Part shown: positions 24,265 through 38,197 of the stretch, in pieces | Numbering within the stretch: the stretch's first letter is position 1 | How the letters are laid out: each line of letters begins with the position of its first letter | Source: the human T2T-CHM13v2.0 reference genome, Homo sapiens | Direction: 5' to 3' (one strand) | Assembly (NCBI RefSeq): GCF_009914755.1 | Contig: NC_060930.1 | Length of the DNA: 64,000 nt | Translations under genes and position numbers: made by a program | The notes under the pieces: generated by a model | The model's input: only the letters and a program-made list of their open reading frames with translations | What the model was told of the DNA's origin: nothing | Databases searched by the model: none

Positions 24265-26241
24265 TTCCTTCAGGAGCTCTTGTAGGGCAGGCCTGGTGGC
24301 GACAAAATCTCTCAGCATTTGCTTGTCTGTAAAGGATTTTATTTCTCCTTCACTTATGAAGCTTAGTTTGGCTGGATATGAAATTCTGGGTTGAAAATTC
24401 TTTTCTTTAAGAATGTTGAATATTGGCCCCCACTCTCTTCTGGCTTGTAGAGTTTCTGCTGAGAGATCCGCTGTTAGTCTGATGGGCTTCCCTTTGTGGG
24501 TAATCCGACATTTCTGGCTGCCCTTAACATTTTTTCCTTCATTTCAACTTTGGTGAATCTGACAATTATGTGTCTTGGAGTTGCTCTTCTCGAGGAGTAT
24601 CTTTCTGGTGTTCTCTGTATTTCCTGAATTTGAATGTTGGCCTGCCTTGTTAGATTGGGGAAGTTCTCCTGGATAATATCCTGCACAATATTTTCCAACT
24701 TGGTTCCATTCTCCCCATCACTTTCAGGTACACCAATCAGATGTAGATTTGGTATTTTCACATAGTCCCATATTTCCTGGAGTCTTTGTTTGCTTCTTTT
24801 TACTCTTTTTTCTCTAAACTTCTCTTCTCACTTCATTTCATTCATTTGATCTTCAATCACTGATACCCTTTCTTCCAGTTGATTGAATTGGCTACTGAAG
24901 CTTGTGTATTCATCGCGTAGTTCTTGTGCCATGTTTTTCAGCTCCATCAGGTCATTTAAGGACTTCTCTACACTGGTTATTCTAATTAGCCATTCGTCTA
25001 ATCTTTTTTCAAGGTTTTTAGCTTCTTTGCAATGGGTTTGAACTTCCTCCTTTAGCTCGGAGAAGTTTGATCGTCTGAAGCCTTCTTCTCTCAACTCGTC
25101 AAAGTCATTCTCCATCTAGCTTTGTTCCATTGCTGCTGAGGAGCCACGTTCCATTGGAGGGGGAGAGGTGCTCTGATTTTTAGAATTTTCTGCTTTTCTG
25201 CTCTGTTTTTCCCCATTTTTGTGGTTTTATCTACCTTTGGTCTTTGATGATGGTGATGTACAGATGGGGTTTTGGTGTGGATGCCCTTTCTGTTTGTTAG
25301 TTTTCCTTCTAACTGTCAGGACCCTCAGCTGCAGGTCTGTTGGAGTTTGCTGGAGGTCCACTCCACACCCTGTTTGCCTGGGTATCAGCAGCAGAGGCTG
25401 CAGAACAGTGGATATTGGTGAACAGCAAATGTTGCTGCCTGATCATTCCTCTGGAAGCTTTGTCTCAGAGGGGTGCCCAGCCATGTGTAGTGTCAGTCTG
25501 CCCCTACCAGAGGGTGCCTCCCACTTAGGCTACTCGGGGGTCAGGGATCCACTTGAGGGGGCAGTCTGTCCATTCTCAGATCTCAAACTCGGCGCTGGGA
25601 GAACAACTACTCACTTCAAAGCTGTCAGACAGGGACATTTAAGTCTGCAGAGGTTTCTGCTGCCTTCTGTTCAGCTATGCCCTGCCCCCAGAGGTGGAGT
25701 CTACAGAGGCAGGCAGGCCTCCTTGAGCTGTGGTGGGCTCCACCCAGTTAGAGCTTCCTGGCCAATTTGTTTACCTACTGTTTACCTACTCAAGCCTCAG
25801 CAATGGCCAGCGCCCCTCCCCCAGCCTCGCTGCCGCCTTGCAGTTTGATCTCAGACTGCTGCTCTAGCAATGAGTGAGGCTCCATGGGTGTGGGACCCTC
25901 TGAGCCAGGCGCAGGATATAATCTCCTGGTGTGCCGTTTGCCAAGACCATTGGAAAAGTGCAGTATTAGGGTGGGAGTGACCCAATTTTCCAGGTGCCAT
26001 CTGTCACTGCTTCCCTTGGCTAGGAAAGGGAATTCCCTGACCGCTTGTGCTTCCCAGGTGAGGCGATACCTCACCTTGCTTCAGCTCACACTCAGTGCGC
26101 TGCACCCACTGTCCTGCCCCCACTGTCTGACAAGCCCCAGTGAGATGAACCCCGTACCTCAGTTTGAAATGCAGAAATCACCGATCTTCTGCATCGCTCA
26201 CACTGGGAGCTGTAGACTGGAGCTGTTACTATTCCCATTTG
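24265..26241 (-). mobile_element. L1PA5/6-like element: full 5'UTR plus most of ORF1, 3'-truncated
   Basis: Minus-strand ORFs 24828-25115 and 24474-24761 are ORF1p. The 5'UTR runs to …GAATAGTAACAGCTCCAGTCTACAGCTCCC. No ORF2, tail or TSD. Confidence 0.93.
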
Positions 26242-26300
26242 AATATTGTCCTAGTGGCAAAAAAAAAATAAAATTAAATTCTCAACTGAGTAAAAGTTAA
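25803..26300 (+). pseudogene. L1 antisense ORF0 homolog, interrupted by TGA, with in-frame restart ATG
   Basis: ATG 25803 gives MASAPPPASLPPCSLISDCCSSNE* (TGA 25875). In-frame ATG 25884 gives MGVGPSEPGAGYNLLV…IRVGVTQFSRC…, open to 26300. Confidence 0.75.
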
Positions 26301-26859
26301 ATAAACTTTTATGTAAATTTTCTTTTTCCACATGCAATATAATACAAATACTAGAATAATAGTTGCCAAAATTGCCTAGAGAGGTTTCCATGAGGATTTG
26401 ATAAGTAAAAAAAAAAATGTGAGAAGAGGAGAAACAAATATAATATAATCTCATTTTTACAAAGTAAAGAAATGACAAAAATATATTCATGTTCACTCTC
26501 TCTATATGTGTATAAAATGGATGTATAAGTTATGGAGAAAATTACTGGACACTACACATCTCATTAACCTATGTTACTACCTGGGAAAGAAGAAAAGTTA
26601 TGTGATAAGGATAAAACAAGACAAACAAACATAAAGATTACATAAACTTTATTAATGTAATAAATTTTTTTAATTGAACTATCATTGAGTACCTATAATA
26701 AACAATAATAATGTATTATTGGACAGTGCTAGATCCAATTTACTAATATTTTATTTGTTATACATCTTTTTTTTGAGTTAAATGAAACTATTTTGGGGTT
26801 ACATCTCTAATCTTTTTGGGGACACTCAATAATGTATGTTATGGCTTACGTTATTAAGA

Positions 26860-27520
26860 CTTTTAATTGAAGTATAATGCACATGGAGAAAGGTACATAT
26901 TATCCTAAGTATATCACTTGATACGTTTTCACAGAACAAACACACTCATCAAAAAACGGAATAGAATCAGAACCACAGAAGCCTTTCTTGTGCCCCCTTG
27001 TGTTTTTTTCTGCTTTTCCTCCTATGCAGGTAACCTCTATCATGCCCTTTAACAGCACAATTTAGTCAGTTTTGTATTTTTATATAAACAAAATCATACA
27101 GCATATTCTTTTTTGTATATAGCTTTTTAATTTCAATATTGTTTTTGAGATATATCAAATTGCTGTATAGAATTCTACTGTGTGAATATACCACACTACG
27201 CCTTTTACAGTTGATGGCCATGAAGGCAGTTTTAGTTTTGGGATATTACAATCAATGCTGTTCTGAACATTCTAGTACATATTTTTGGGTGAACATAGAT
27301 AGGTATTTGTGTTAGGTGTCTATCTGACAGTGGAGTTTCTGGATACGCAGTGTTTCACTTTGGTAGATTCCACGAGCTAAAGGGGTTATATCAATTTACA
27401 TATCAGTGTATGAGAAATCAAGTTTTCCCACATCCTCTCCAGAAGTTATTATTTTCTGACTTATAAAAAACTTTAGCCATTCTGCATGTCTAGTGATACC
27501 ACATTTAGATTTTGATTTGA
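26860..27520 (-). mobile_element. L1MD/ME-type 3' region, antisense
   Basis: TTTTAATTGAAGTATAATGCACATGGAGAAAGGTACA…GGAGTTTCTGGAT…TTTAGCCATTCTG. Confidence 0.75.
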
Positions 27521-27752
27521 TTTTTGATATGGCTTACATTTAACCGAGGTTCGAGGAGACTCATGTTGAATCTCTGTTATAAGTGGTTGTACTGCTGCAA
27601 TCACTGGTCAATTCGGATAAAACTAGGCATGATTTGTGGAATCTAAAATGTTTATTTGCTTAAAAAAAATCTACTCTGTGAAGTTTTACTTGAAATTTTT
27701 ATTATTGACACTTACCCTTCAAGCTCTTTTTTTTTTTATAAGGTTGGTTCCT

Positions 27753-27997
27753 AATACTGAAGTCCAATGGAAATATAATGCAAGCCAAGCCACATATATA
27801 ATTGAAAGTGTTCCAGTATTCACTTTAAGAAAAATAAAAAATAAGTGAATAAATTTTAATAGTATATTCAACCTAATATAGCAAATGTAATATAAATATA
27901 ACATATCAAAATAAAAATTACTGAGATATTTCATATTTTGTTCTAAGTCTTCCAAATTTGTATGTATTTTACACTGAGTATATCTCAGCTTAGATGT
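27753..27997. mobile_element. MER33-like hAT-Charlie MITE (partial)
   Basis: GTCCAATGGAAATATAATGCAAGCCA…ACTGAGATATTTCATATT…GTATTTTACACTGAGTATATCTCAGCTTAGA. Confidence 0.75.
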
Positions 27998-28004
27998 TAA
28001 TATT

Positions 28005-29606
28005 TTGATGGTTTGATAATTTGGGGGAGAAGTTGGCTTAAAAAATGTTAACATGAGAAGCAGCTTCTGCTGACCAAAAGGCAGCAGACAAGTTCTCAGA
28101 AAACTGGTAAGAAAATCATTGAGGAGAAAGGATACCTGCCTGAATAGATTTTTTAATGCAGATAAAAGTGCCCTATAGGGCATTTATTAGTAAGAAAGAG
28201 AAGCAAGTACCAGTATTTAAGGCATGATTTAAGGCTAACTCTACTGTTTTGCAAATGCAGTCAGGCTTATGATCAGTCCTGCCCTTATCTGTAAAGCTGC
28301 TAGCCCTCACATATTGAAGGGAAAAGATAAACACTAGCTGCCAGTCTTTTAATTGTACAACAAGAAGACCTGGACAACACGCGGCATTCTTCTGGATTGG
28401 CTCCACTGATGCTTTGTCCCTTAAGTCAAAAAGTCCATTGCCAGTAATTACCTTTTAAAGGTCTTTTGATATTAGACAATGCCTCCTGGCTACCCAGAGT
28501 GCCATGAGTTCAACACCGAAGGCATCAAAGTGGTCTACTTGCCTGCAAACACAGTGTCTCTAATTCAGCCTCTAGATCAGGGAGTCATAGAACCTTTAAG
28601 GCTCATTACCTATGGCTCCCTATGAAAAGGATTATCACCACTATAAAAAGAGAACCTCAATAGAGGGAACATCATGAAAATCTGGAAGAATTATGCCATT
28701 GAAAGTGCACCATCATTGTTAGTGAAACAATGATGTGAAAGTGATTTCACGATTGTGAAAGTTATCAATCCTGAAACAACAAATTTTTACTGGAGAATAC
28801 TGTGTCCAGATGTTGTGCATGACTTCATAGGATTTTTGAAACAGCCAATCGAGGAGATCATGACAGAGATTGTGGATATAGAAGAAAACAAAAAGTGGTT
28901 AGGTGAACGATTTCTAGATAAGCATTTTGGAGAAATTCAAGAGCTAATAGGCACCACATCAGATGAATTAACAGAAGATGACTTGGGCAATCTGGCAGAA
29001 GGATTCTTATTATTTAAGACTACTTTTGATTTATTTTATAACATGGACTCTTCCATGATATGGGCATCAAAACTGAAGCAAATGGTGGAAGGAGGAACTA
29101 TATTGTATAGAAACATTTTTAGATAAATGAAAAAGCTTAAGTCAGACAGAAATTACCATGTATTTCCATAAACTTACACCGAGTGTTCCTGACTTTCATG
29201 CTTTCTATTCCACCTCCTCCACCTCTCCTGCCTCTGCCACTCCTGAGACAGCAAGGCCAACCCCTCCTCTTTCTCCTCCTCAGTGTACTCCACATGAAGG
29301 TAACAAAGATGAAGACCTTTATGATGATCCACTTCCACTTAATGACTAGTAGATACATTTTTTCTTTCTTATGATTTTCTCTGTAACATTTTCTTTTCTC
29401 CAGCTTACTTTATTATAGAAAAACAGTATTTATTACATACAACTGACAAAATATGTGTTAATTGACAGTTTATATTATGGGTAAGGCTTCCAATCTACAG
29501 TAGGCTATTAGTAGTTAAGTTTTCGGGGAGTCAAAAGTTTTATGTGAATTTTTGACTGCCCGGGAGGTCAGTCCCCCTAACCCCTGTGTTATTCAAGAGG
29601 CAACTG
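28005..29606 (+). mobile_element. Tigger2 (TcMar-pogo) 3' part with decayed DDE transposase
   Basis: Transposase-like text (…TTAGACAATGCC…, CTAATTCAGCCTCTAGATCAGGGAGTCAT, ORF 28755-29126); right TIR …CCTGTGTTATTCAAGAGGCAACTG followed by TA. Confidence 0.9.
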
Positions 29607-29609
29607 TAT

Positions 29610-30655
29610 TACCAAAAGTCATTTCTTTTTCCTCCTGGACAAACAGCTAGATTATATTTCCAGCTTCTCCTGCAGTTAGATTAGATTTGTGACTAAACTC
29701 TGGCCAAAGGAAAGTACTCTTAAAACCTCCTATGCAATCCTCTGTATTCTGTGTCTTCCATTGCCTGCCTGATAGAGGTGGAAGAATCAGATGAGGACTC
29801 CCAAGCTTTAAAAAATAGATAAAATGGCTACTGGATGGAAGTAGTCTAGCTCCATGAATGAGTGAAACAGATCCCCTTCGCCCTGACTTATTTGTATTAG
29901 ACTGTGAAACAAGACGACATCTATTGATATGGTTTGAATATGTGTCCCTGCCCAAATCTCATGTTGAATTGTAATCCCCAGTGTTGGAGGAGGGGCCTGG
30001 TGGGAGGTGATTGGATCATGGGGGCAGATTTTCCCCTTGCTGCGCTCATGATAGTGAGTGAGTTCTCACAAGATCTGGTTGTTTAAAAATGTGTTGCACC
30101 TCCTCCTTTTCTTTCTTCCTCCTGCTCAGGCCATGTAAGATGTACCTGCTTCCTCTTTGCCTTCTGCCATGATTGTAAGTTTTCTGAGCCTTCCCCAGTC
30201 ACCCTTCCTGTACAACCTGCAAAATCGAGTCAATTAAACCTCCCTTCTTAGTAAAATAATCAGTTTTTGGTAGTTCTTTATAGCAATCAGAGAACAGATT
30301 AATACAGGAAATTGGTACCAAGAGTAGGATATTGCTACAAAAATATCTAAAAATGTGGAAACAACTTTGAAACTAGGTAATGGGCAGAGGTTGGAAGAGT
30401 CTGGAGGGCTCAGAAGAAGACAGGAAGATGAGGGAAAGTTTGAAACTTCCTAGAGGCTGTTTAATTGTTGTGAACAAAATGCTGATAGTGATATGGACAG
30501 TGAAGTCCAGGATGAGGAGGTCTCAGATGGAAATAAGAAACTTATTGGGAACTGGAGCAAAGAATTAACTAATACATATACCTTTTATCCATTGTTAAGT
30601 AACTGGGATTTGGAGGGGTTTTTTTAGTAGCCCTTAGCCTACCTTAACCATCCAC
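29610..30655 (+). mobile_element. Old MLT1(J-like) LTR split by a THE1D insertion
   Basis: GACAAACAGCTAGATTATATTTCCAGCTTCTCCTGCAGTTAG…GTGACTAAACTCTGGCCAAAGGAA before the insertion; TTGTTAAGTAACTGGGATTTGGAGGGG…TAGCCTACCTTAAC after it. Confidence 0.65.
29925..30576 (+). mobile_element. THE1D-like LTR + start of internal region + terminal stub of 3' LTR
   Basis: LTR 29925-30306 (TGATATGGTTTG…TAATACA), internal AAATTGGTACCAAGAG…ACTGGAGCAAAG to ~30562, then AGAATTAACTAATACA. Confidence 0.85.
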
Positions 30656-31129
30656 GCTTTGTTGTTCAACTAATCACAGAAAACTGCGTCAACAAACAAT
30701 GTTCAAAGCTAAACACTGACTAAATATATCAAGTATATTGTATAAATATATTGTATATCAAGTATATTGTATAAATAATCATACTTTTAGAAAGTGTACA
30801 GCATAGATAGCAATGTTTTCAGAGATAATTGTGAACATGAACCATTCAGACTTATTGAAGATCATTAACAAAAACATAAGAAACATACTCGATTCTTTCT
30901 ACTAATTACCTCCAAACGGGAAAAAAGTCATTTCTTATATTTTCTTTAAGTGAAGGGTTAAAAGGAGAAGAAATAAAGAAGAAAGTAAGAAATGATTCAG
31001 CATTTTATAAAAATAAGTTTGCAGCCAACATAAATTACAGTAATTCTATACTTAGATCAAATGAAGAGCTGTCTGGAAGCCTGCCACCCCTCCTCACCAC
31101 CTACCACTGCCAACTACTGTTAATTATGA

Positions 31130-32240
<1,111 letters not shown>

Positions 32241-35200
32241 GAGTCACAATTCCTCATTCTGAAATTATCCAGGGATTGACCATGATTCTAGATGTGGTCT
32301 GTGATGACAAGAGACTGCAAGTGACAGAAAGAAAGAAGGGTATTGGGGCTCATAATCAGGATTCCAAATCATCCCACCATTTCACCACCCAGCATTATCA
32401 AAGAGATTCAGTTCTCTTAGTATCTGATCTCATACCCAGTTATATTTCTTATTTAAAAGCCCTTGATGGGCAACCTTTGAAATGTATTCAATACTTCAGT
32501 TCTTCATCTACATAAAGAACAATCACCTGCACAACTTTGCCTTTTGCTACAAGTTTTGAGTAAAACATAGTGCAAAATATAGCAAAATGATCAACCTCAT
32601 GCCTATACTATTAGCTAGACCTAGAATAGTTTAAATTCCAGGTTTTGCTTTATATCCACTACTTTCTTCTCAAAGAACCACAAGATGTACATCATGATCA
32701 CTGTTTTAACGTAGAACCAAAGCCAAATGTTTTACGTAAACTGCACAAAAGCATTCAGATAATAAGAGATAAATTCTCTTTCCTCTGAAGACTTACAGAA
32801 CTGCTGTTACACAATCTCTGGAGTCCACAAAAAAACTATTGAAGAACCCTGTGCTTGCTTAGCAGATGCAATGGTAGAGGAGAAGCCATGCAACTGTTTT
32901 TGGTAGTCTGGTTAAGGTAAAGAAGATTAAATTATTCACTGGAGAAATAGATAATGGCAGAAGTAGAAAGCAAGGAGGATTTCTGAGACGAGAGCCTTCA
33001 TAGAATCTAATTCCCTCCATTTATTTCCCTGCAGTCACCTTCCTGCAGATCACAGAAGTTACCCATGGTAGCTTGGATCTCTTGGCAGGTGTAGAGTGGG
33101 GAAGGTGTGTGTGCTTCTGCTATCTGAGGGGAGAACTCCAAACACATTCTTCCTTTTGAAATATCATTTATCATTATTCAATGATTAAAGTCTTATACTA
33201 TTTAGATAGACCATTAGGAATTTGGAGTTTAAAAGATTTTGTTTGTTTGTCCTGAAAATGCAATCATAATATAAAATATTTTATTTATTGGAAAATACAC
33301 TTAGTATTTTAAACAACTTAATTAAAATTTTTTTCTAGAAACACAGCCCATTAGGAATGTGTAGAATCATGTGTAGAAGTCCTGAAAATATTTAAAATCA
33401 AGGGCAGAATTCTTAGTTAAGGGAACAGCCCTCCCATTTGCTTAGAACAAATTTTCTTTTTCTAATTAGAAAAATACCCAGAAATTGCTAGCTTATTTTG
33501 TGAATTCAAGAAATGGATCTGTATGCTGAACTTACAATTTACTTTCTTATTAATTTAATTTTTAAAAACTATTTGCAAGGTTGTAACTACATTCAGCATA
33601 ATAAAACAAATGTAATATTCATGTCAAAGACATGTTGCTGTTAAGAACTGATGTTCTAAAATCAATTATATGTGAATATATACATTAGCTTGAGATACTT
33701 TAAATGTCAATAGTTTATTATTATGTTCAGAATAGAACTAAATTAGACCAATTTTAAAATTAGATTGAATGTATTTCTCGGTGATTATTTTCTCTCCCTA
33801 TTACCAGTGATATAACCACAGCTAAGGATTGTATTCATTTAGTCTTGTGAATGAAGTATCTAAAACTTTTCCCAAGAGCTTCAAAATATTTATGTATTAC
33901 AGTCCATGTGCATTTTCTTTTTTAAAAAAGAAAGATGCTGTGGACAATTTAAGTTTTCCTTGAATCTTTATGTATATGCTATACATTTTTACTTCTTTTA
34001 TGCCACTTAATTTTTTTCCTAGATTATAATTTCTTGGTGATTGTACACATTGAGAAGAGATAGACAAAAGTCATGTCTACATAATTCTTTGTCTCTTTGG
34101 ATTTGGCAAAATGCTTTTCATAGTATCAACTCACGTTTTTATATTTAAAATCCTGAGTTATTCATCACTTCTGAAGAATTCTTACTGTCAGATCCCTATA
34201 ACCTATTGTCATTTTCCCTTTTATCCTGGTGTTTTGATCAACAATTTATATTATTAGATCCTAACAATTCCATTAGTAACAACGATAACTCTTTTTGGGG
34301 AACTTTTACTCGGAAAATTTTCATAGAAATTCAAATACCCTAACTTCTCCTAATCTTCAAAATCCTCTATTTTCTAAAATTTATTCATTCATCAAAATGC
34401 TAAAAGTAGAAAGTTTTGAATGTATCTTAAGGACGTAAAGATAAAATTAACCAAACATACACTTAATTTTGTGCCTTGATTTTTCCCACAATACAGTTAA
34501 ACCACAGAGGGTTTAAAACCTTTTTACATAGGCCCCCTCAGTGATTTTTAAAGTCTTTTTTGAAAAGTAAGAGCCAAGACAAACCAATTGCTCTATTTCT
34601 GGCCAGCTGAGCAGCGATAACCAGAGGATGGTCATTAATCATCAACAAATTACAAGGCAATCACTACACCAAGTCAAAGGTAAAATCAATTACAGTGACA
34701 ATTAAAGTACCCAAACGTCAAGCTCAAAGCCCCTGTAGTTAATAACCTAATATGACTTTATAGGGAATTCAAGCATAGAATTTTCTATAATGGTGAAATA
34801 CAAAACTAGATTTAATGAAAGGGTATACAGCAATAATTTATATTGTAAGTCGAGAAAAGAGCCTCCTATGGCAATAAAATTGACTGTGATTTGACCCACT
34901 GTTTTGTCAATCAGTTATTTATATTGTGGAAAGTAACGGTGATTACATATTGATTATAGTGCTTTTGGTGCAATCACATCTTTGTGAAGAAAATTCCATG
35001 CGCCCTGCCTTGATGTTGGCATCTAGCACCAAGATTCAACAAAATAAGTTGCAAAGAGTTTTGAGACTAAAAGGACAATCTTATCACTTTATGCTGCCAA
35101 CTGTATTTTTGAACTCTTTGGTGACCTTCAAATGAAATCACCCAAGTGAGTAAGTCCAGAGAAATGTAGAGATTTATAGATCTGCACTTTTCCCAGATGA

Positions 35201-36139
35201 GTTACATTGTTATTCACATTTCTGCTACAGTCAACCCACATGAATATTTCTTCTAAGATTCTGAAATAAGGAAAAGCTTCCCCCAGTGAGGTCAAGAGAG
35301 AAGATAGGCACTTGCTTCTGCTGTCTCTAGTTGATCAGGATCAGGATAGGAACATTCAGATTCAGTTTATTAAAGCTGAAAAATGCTGTCACACTTCTTC
35401 CACTTAATCTGGCTGTGTAAGCATTTTCCAAAAAGAAATAAAGTTAGTATTCAGAGATACGATCACTCTAGACACAGATCTGGTAAGAAGATCAAGATAG
35501 GTGTGTTTTAATTCCAGTCTTATTACTAATTAATTGAATGACAGCCTGGATTAACTATTTAACCTATCTTCTTGTAAATTTTTTAAATCTCTGAAATGAA
35601 AAAAAAAGAGATCATTTCTAAGTATTATGTAGGGAAATTGAATAAATACCTGATTATAGAAATGATCTTAAGATAGAAATTAGAAATTAATGGATTAATC
35701 AAATGTATAGTACCTGTAAACTTGCTTAAATATATGTGATATAACACTAAATTTCCAAATTATCAACAGCCATTTACATGGCTCCAAAAATCTTTTTCAG
35801 TTTACTTGAAAGAGTTATTTTTGTTACTTGTTTTAATGTATGTTGGTAACATGGAAAGTCATTTTATCAATAAAATTCCCTCTAAAGACAAACCTATTCT
35901 TAGATTTCGTTAACTGATATCTTGCCAAGAACCCTGATATTTTCAGTTTATCCCTGAATCACTGACTCAACAATCTATCTAGTACATACCCGCAAATCTT
36001 CACACTCCCTCAGCTCAAAAGACCTAGTACCTATATAAAACTTGTTTTATCAATCTGTAAATAGATTGGGTGTGAAATCACCTCTCGAGAGAGCCCTTCA
36101 AATAGACAGTTTTAAAAAAGGGGAGTACATAAGCAAACC

Positions 36140-37070
36140 TTTCAATCACTTAACAAGTATTGACTGGCTACTACAGGGCAGGCACTATTTTAGGCACAGG
36201 GGCTAAAGCAGCAAACAAGACACAGAAAGTTCCCTGCTCTCATGAGGCTTACATTCTAGCAGTGAAGGGCAGGCAATAAATAATAAACACAATAAATAAG
36301 TAAATTACACTGTGTATTAAAAAGTGGTAGGTGCTTTGGAATAAAGAAAAAATGGAGCAAGGTAAAGAGGATTGGGAATGGAAGGGAGGGGAGTAGGAAA
36401 AGGGCATGATCCAGTGTATTTGATCAGTCATAAGGGGCAGAGGTAGTAGGACATGGTCAAAGTAGAGACTCAGATAACACAAGGCCTCATAAACTTTGGC
36501 TTTTACTCTCTATGCAGTGGGAAGTCATTTCAGGGTTTTGAGCAGAAAAGTGGCATAATCTGACTTATATTTCTAGTGATTCCTCTTTCTGTTGTGTTGA
36601 GAATCAACAGAGGAAAAGCAAGGCAATGCAGGGAGAACAGTTATGAAAATAGGTAAGAGACCATTGCTACAGTCAAGGAGACAGGTGCTGGTGGCTTAAA
36701 CCAGGGGAGTTGCTGTAGAGGTGGCAAAAGATATTTGGATTTTGAGGTATATATTAATAGGAATTCCTAAAATATTAGATATAAGATCTGAGAAAAAAAA
36801 TAATAAGGATGTCTCCTGGATTTGGCCTGATCAACTGCAGCACCATTAACTCGGATAGATAAGGATGTATGGAGGCCAGTTCTGGAGCATAGATCAGGAA
36901 CTGAGCTCTAGGGCTTAAATTTAACATCCAAGGGAAGATATTAAGTTGGACTATGTATACAGGTCAGGAGTTCTGAAAAGAGATGGAAATGTGTGAGTTT
37001 CAGCATATAGAGGTATTTAAAACCATAGCCTGAGTGAAATCATAAAGGAAGTGAGGATAGATAGAAAAGA
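36140..37070 (-). mobile_element. L2(a) 3' region
   Basis: TTCAATCACTTAACAAGTATTGAC…AGGCACTATTTTAGGCAC…CCCTGCTCTCATGAGGCTTACATTCTAG…GGTTTTGAGCAGAAAAGTGGCATAATCTGACTT. Confidence 0.85.
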
Positions 37071-38197
37071 AAAATAAATTTATCTTCCATTATGATTTAT
37101 AAGTATCTTAACCCTTTCAACAGAGATTTATTTCTTTTCTTAGTCTATTTCATGTTGCTATTGATAGATATTTAAAGCAGGATAGTGTTTTCTTTCTTTT
37201 ATAAAATAAAATGAAAGTTCAGTGTTTGAGGCTCTACATGTGATTATTTCTCATTTTCCTTTGGGCTAAAAATCTTCAGTTACTCTCATTCTATAATACA
37301 TCACCTCCTGATTGAAAACCCTAGCTCTCATATACACTTTAAATCAACACCAATGAGCCAATGTATTATTACCACTCTGAGAGTAAGAACACAAAATGTC
37401 CATTTCTGAAATTTGGATCCCTATCTTATAGATGCTATTATTACCCAATGGAAGTATTTCTAGAAGTCTAGCTTCTCTGTCTTTAACGAAAAATTCTGTA
37501 ATAGGTATTTGAAACATAATAAAATTGAACTTTAAGGAATATCTTTTTTTATTTTCCAGTGATGAATAAAAATAATTGGGAGATTTAAACAACTTAATAT
37601 AAAAAAAACAGAACCTTTAAACATACAAATTGTAAGTGAAATGTAGAGTAAATGTTAACACCTCACTTTTTTCCTTGACAAGCACTTTCTCTCATATTCA
37701 TTTTTAATGTCAGAGAATTCACAGAACTAAGATCTTTATTCTAAACCTCCACAGCTTGCTTCAGAAAGTAATTATGTAGGTATTTGTCAGAAACTCAGCT
37801 AATAGGCTTAGGAATTTAAAGTAATATGTAGAATATAGTTAACAAAGATATCTACCACAACCCACTCTCCTCCCCTCTCTTCTCTCTCACAGTGAGGCAT
37901 CACTCCAAACCAATTCTGGACACATTCTCCTTTAAGAATCAGAGATGGGGGTGGGGCATTATAAAATCTAGTAAAAGTAAAGATTCAATGAAACAAGTAT
38001 GCAAGTATACAGATGGTAGGCATGTAAGCTGATTCAAGCTTTGTGGAGAAGACATTAGCAGCAAGGTCCTAGAGCTAGTTTCCTTTGGTGCCTTCATGTG
38101 AAACTAAGTGTTCCTTGTTTTCCCTCAGCCAGCTCCTACCCCACTGTCCTGAGCTGATTTCTACTGTGCCACAAAATCAGAAGATGCATGGGTAATT

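Noticed and set aside
25219-25848. 209-aa ORF, the longest in the window
   Set aside because: Antisense reading of the L1PA 5'UTR with a GTG start; this kind of frame is common to many L1 copies.
27719-28183. 154-aa minus-strand ORF
   Set aside because: Runs antisense across Tigger2 and MER33 remnants; a chance open frame.
28755-29126. Tigger-derived ORF as a domesticated TIGD-like gene
   Set aside because: The upstream transposase is full of stops and deletions and lacks the N-terminal DNA-binding region.
30722-30777. Tandem TATATCAAGTATATTGTATAAATA duplication
   Set aside because: Ordinary slippage duplication in AT-rich DNA.
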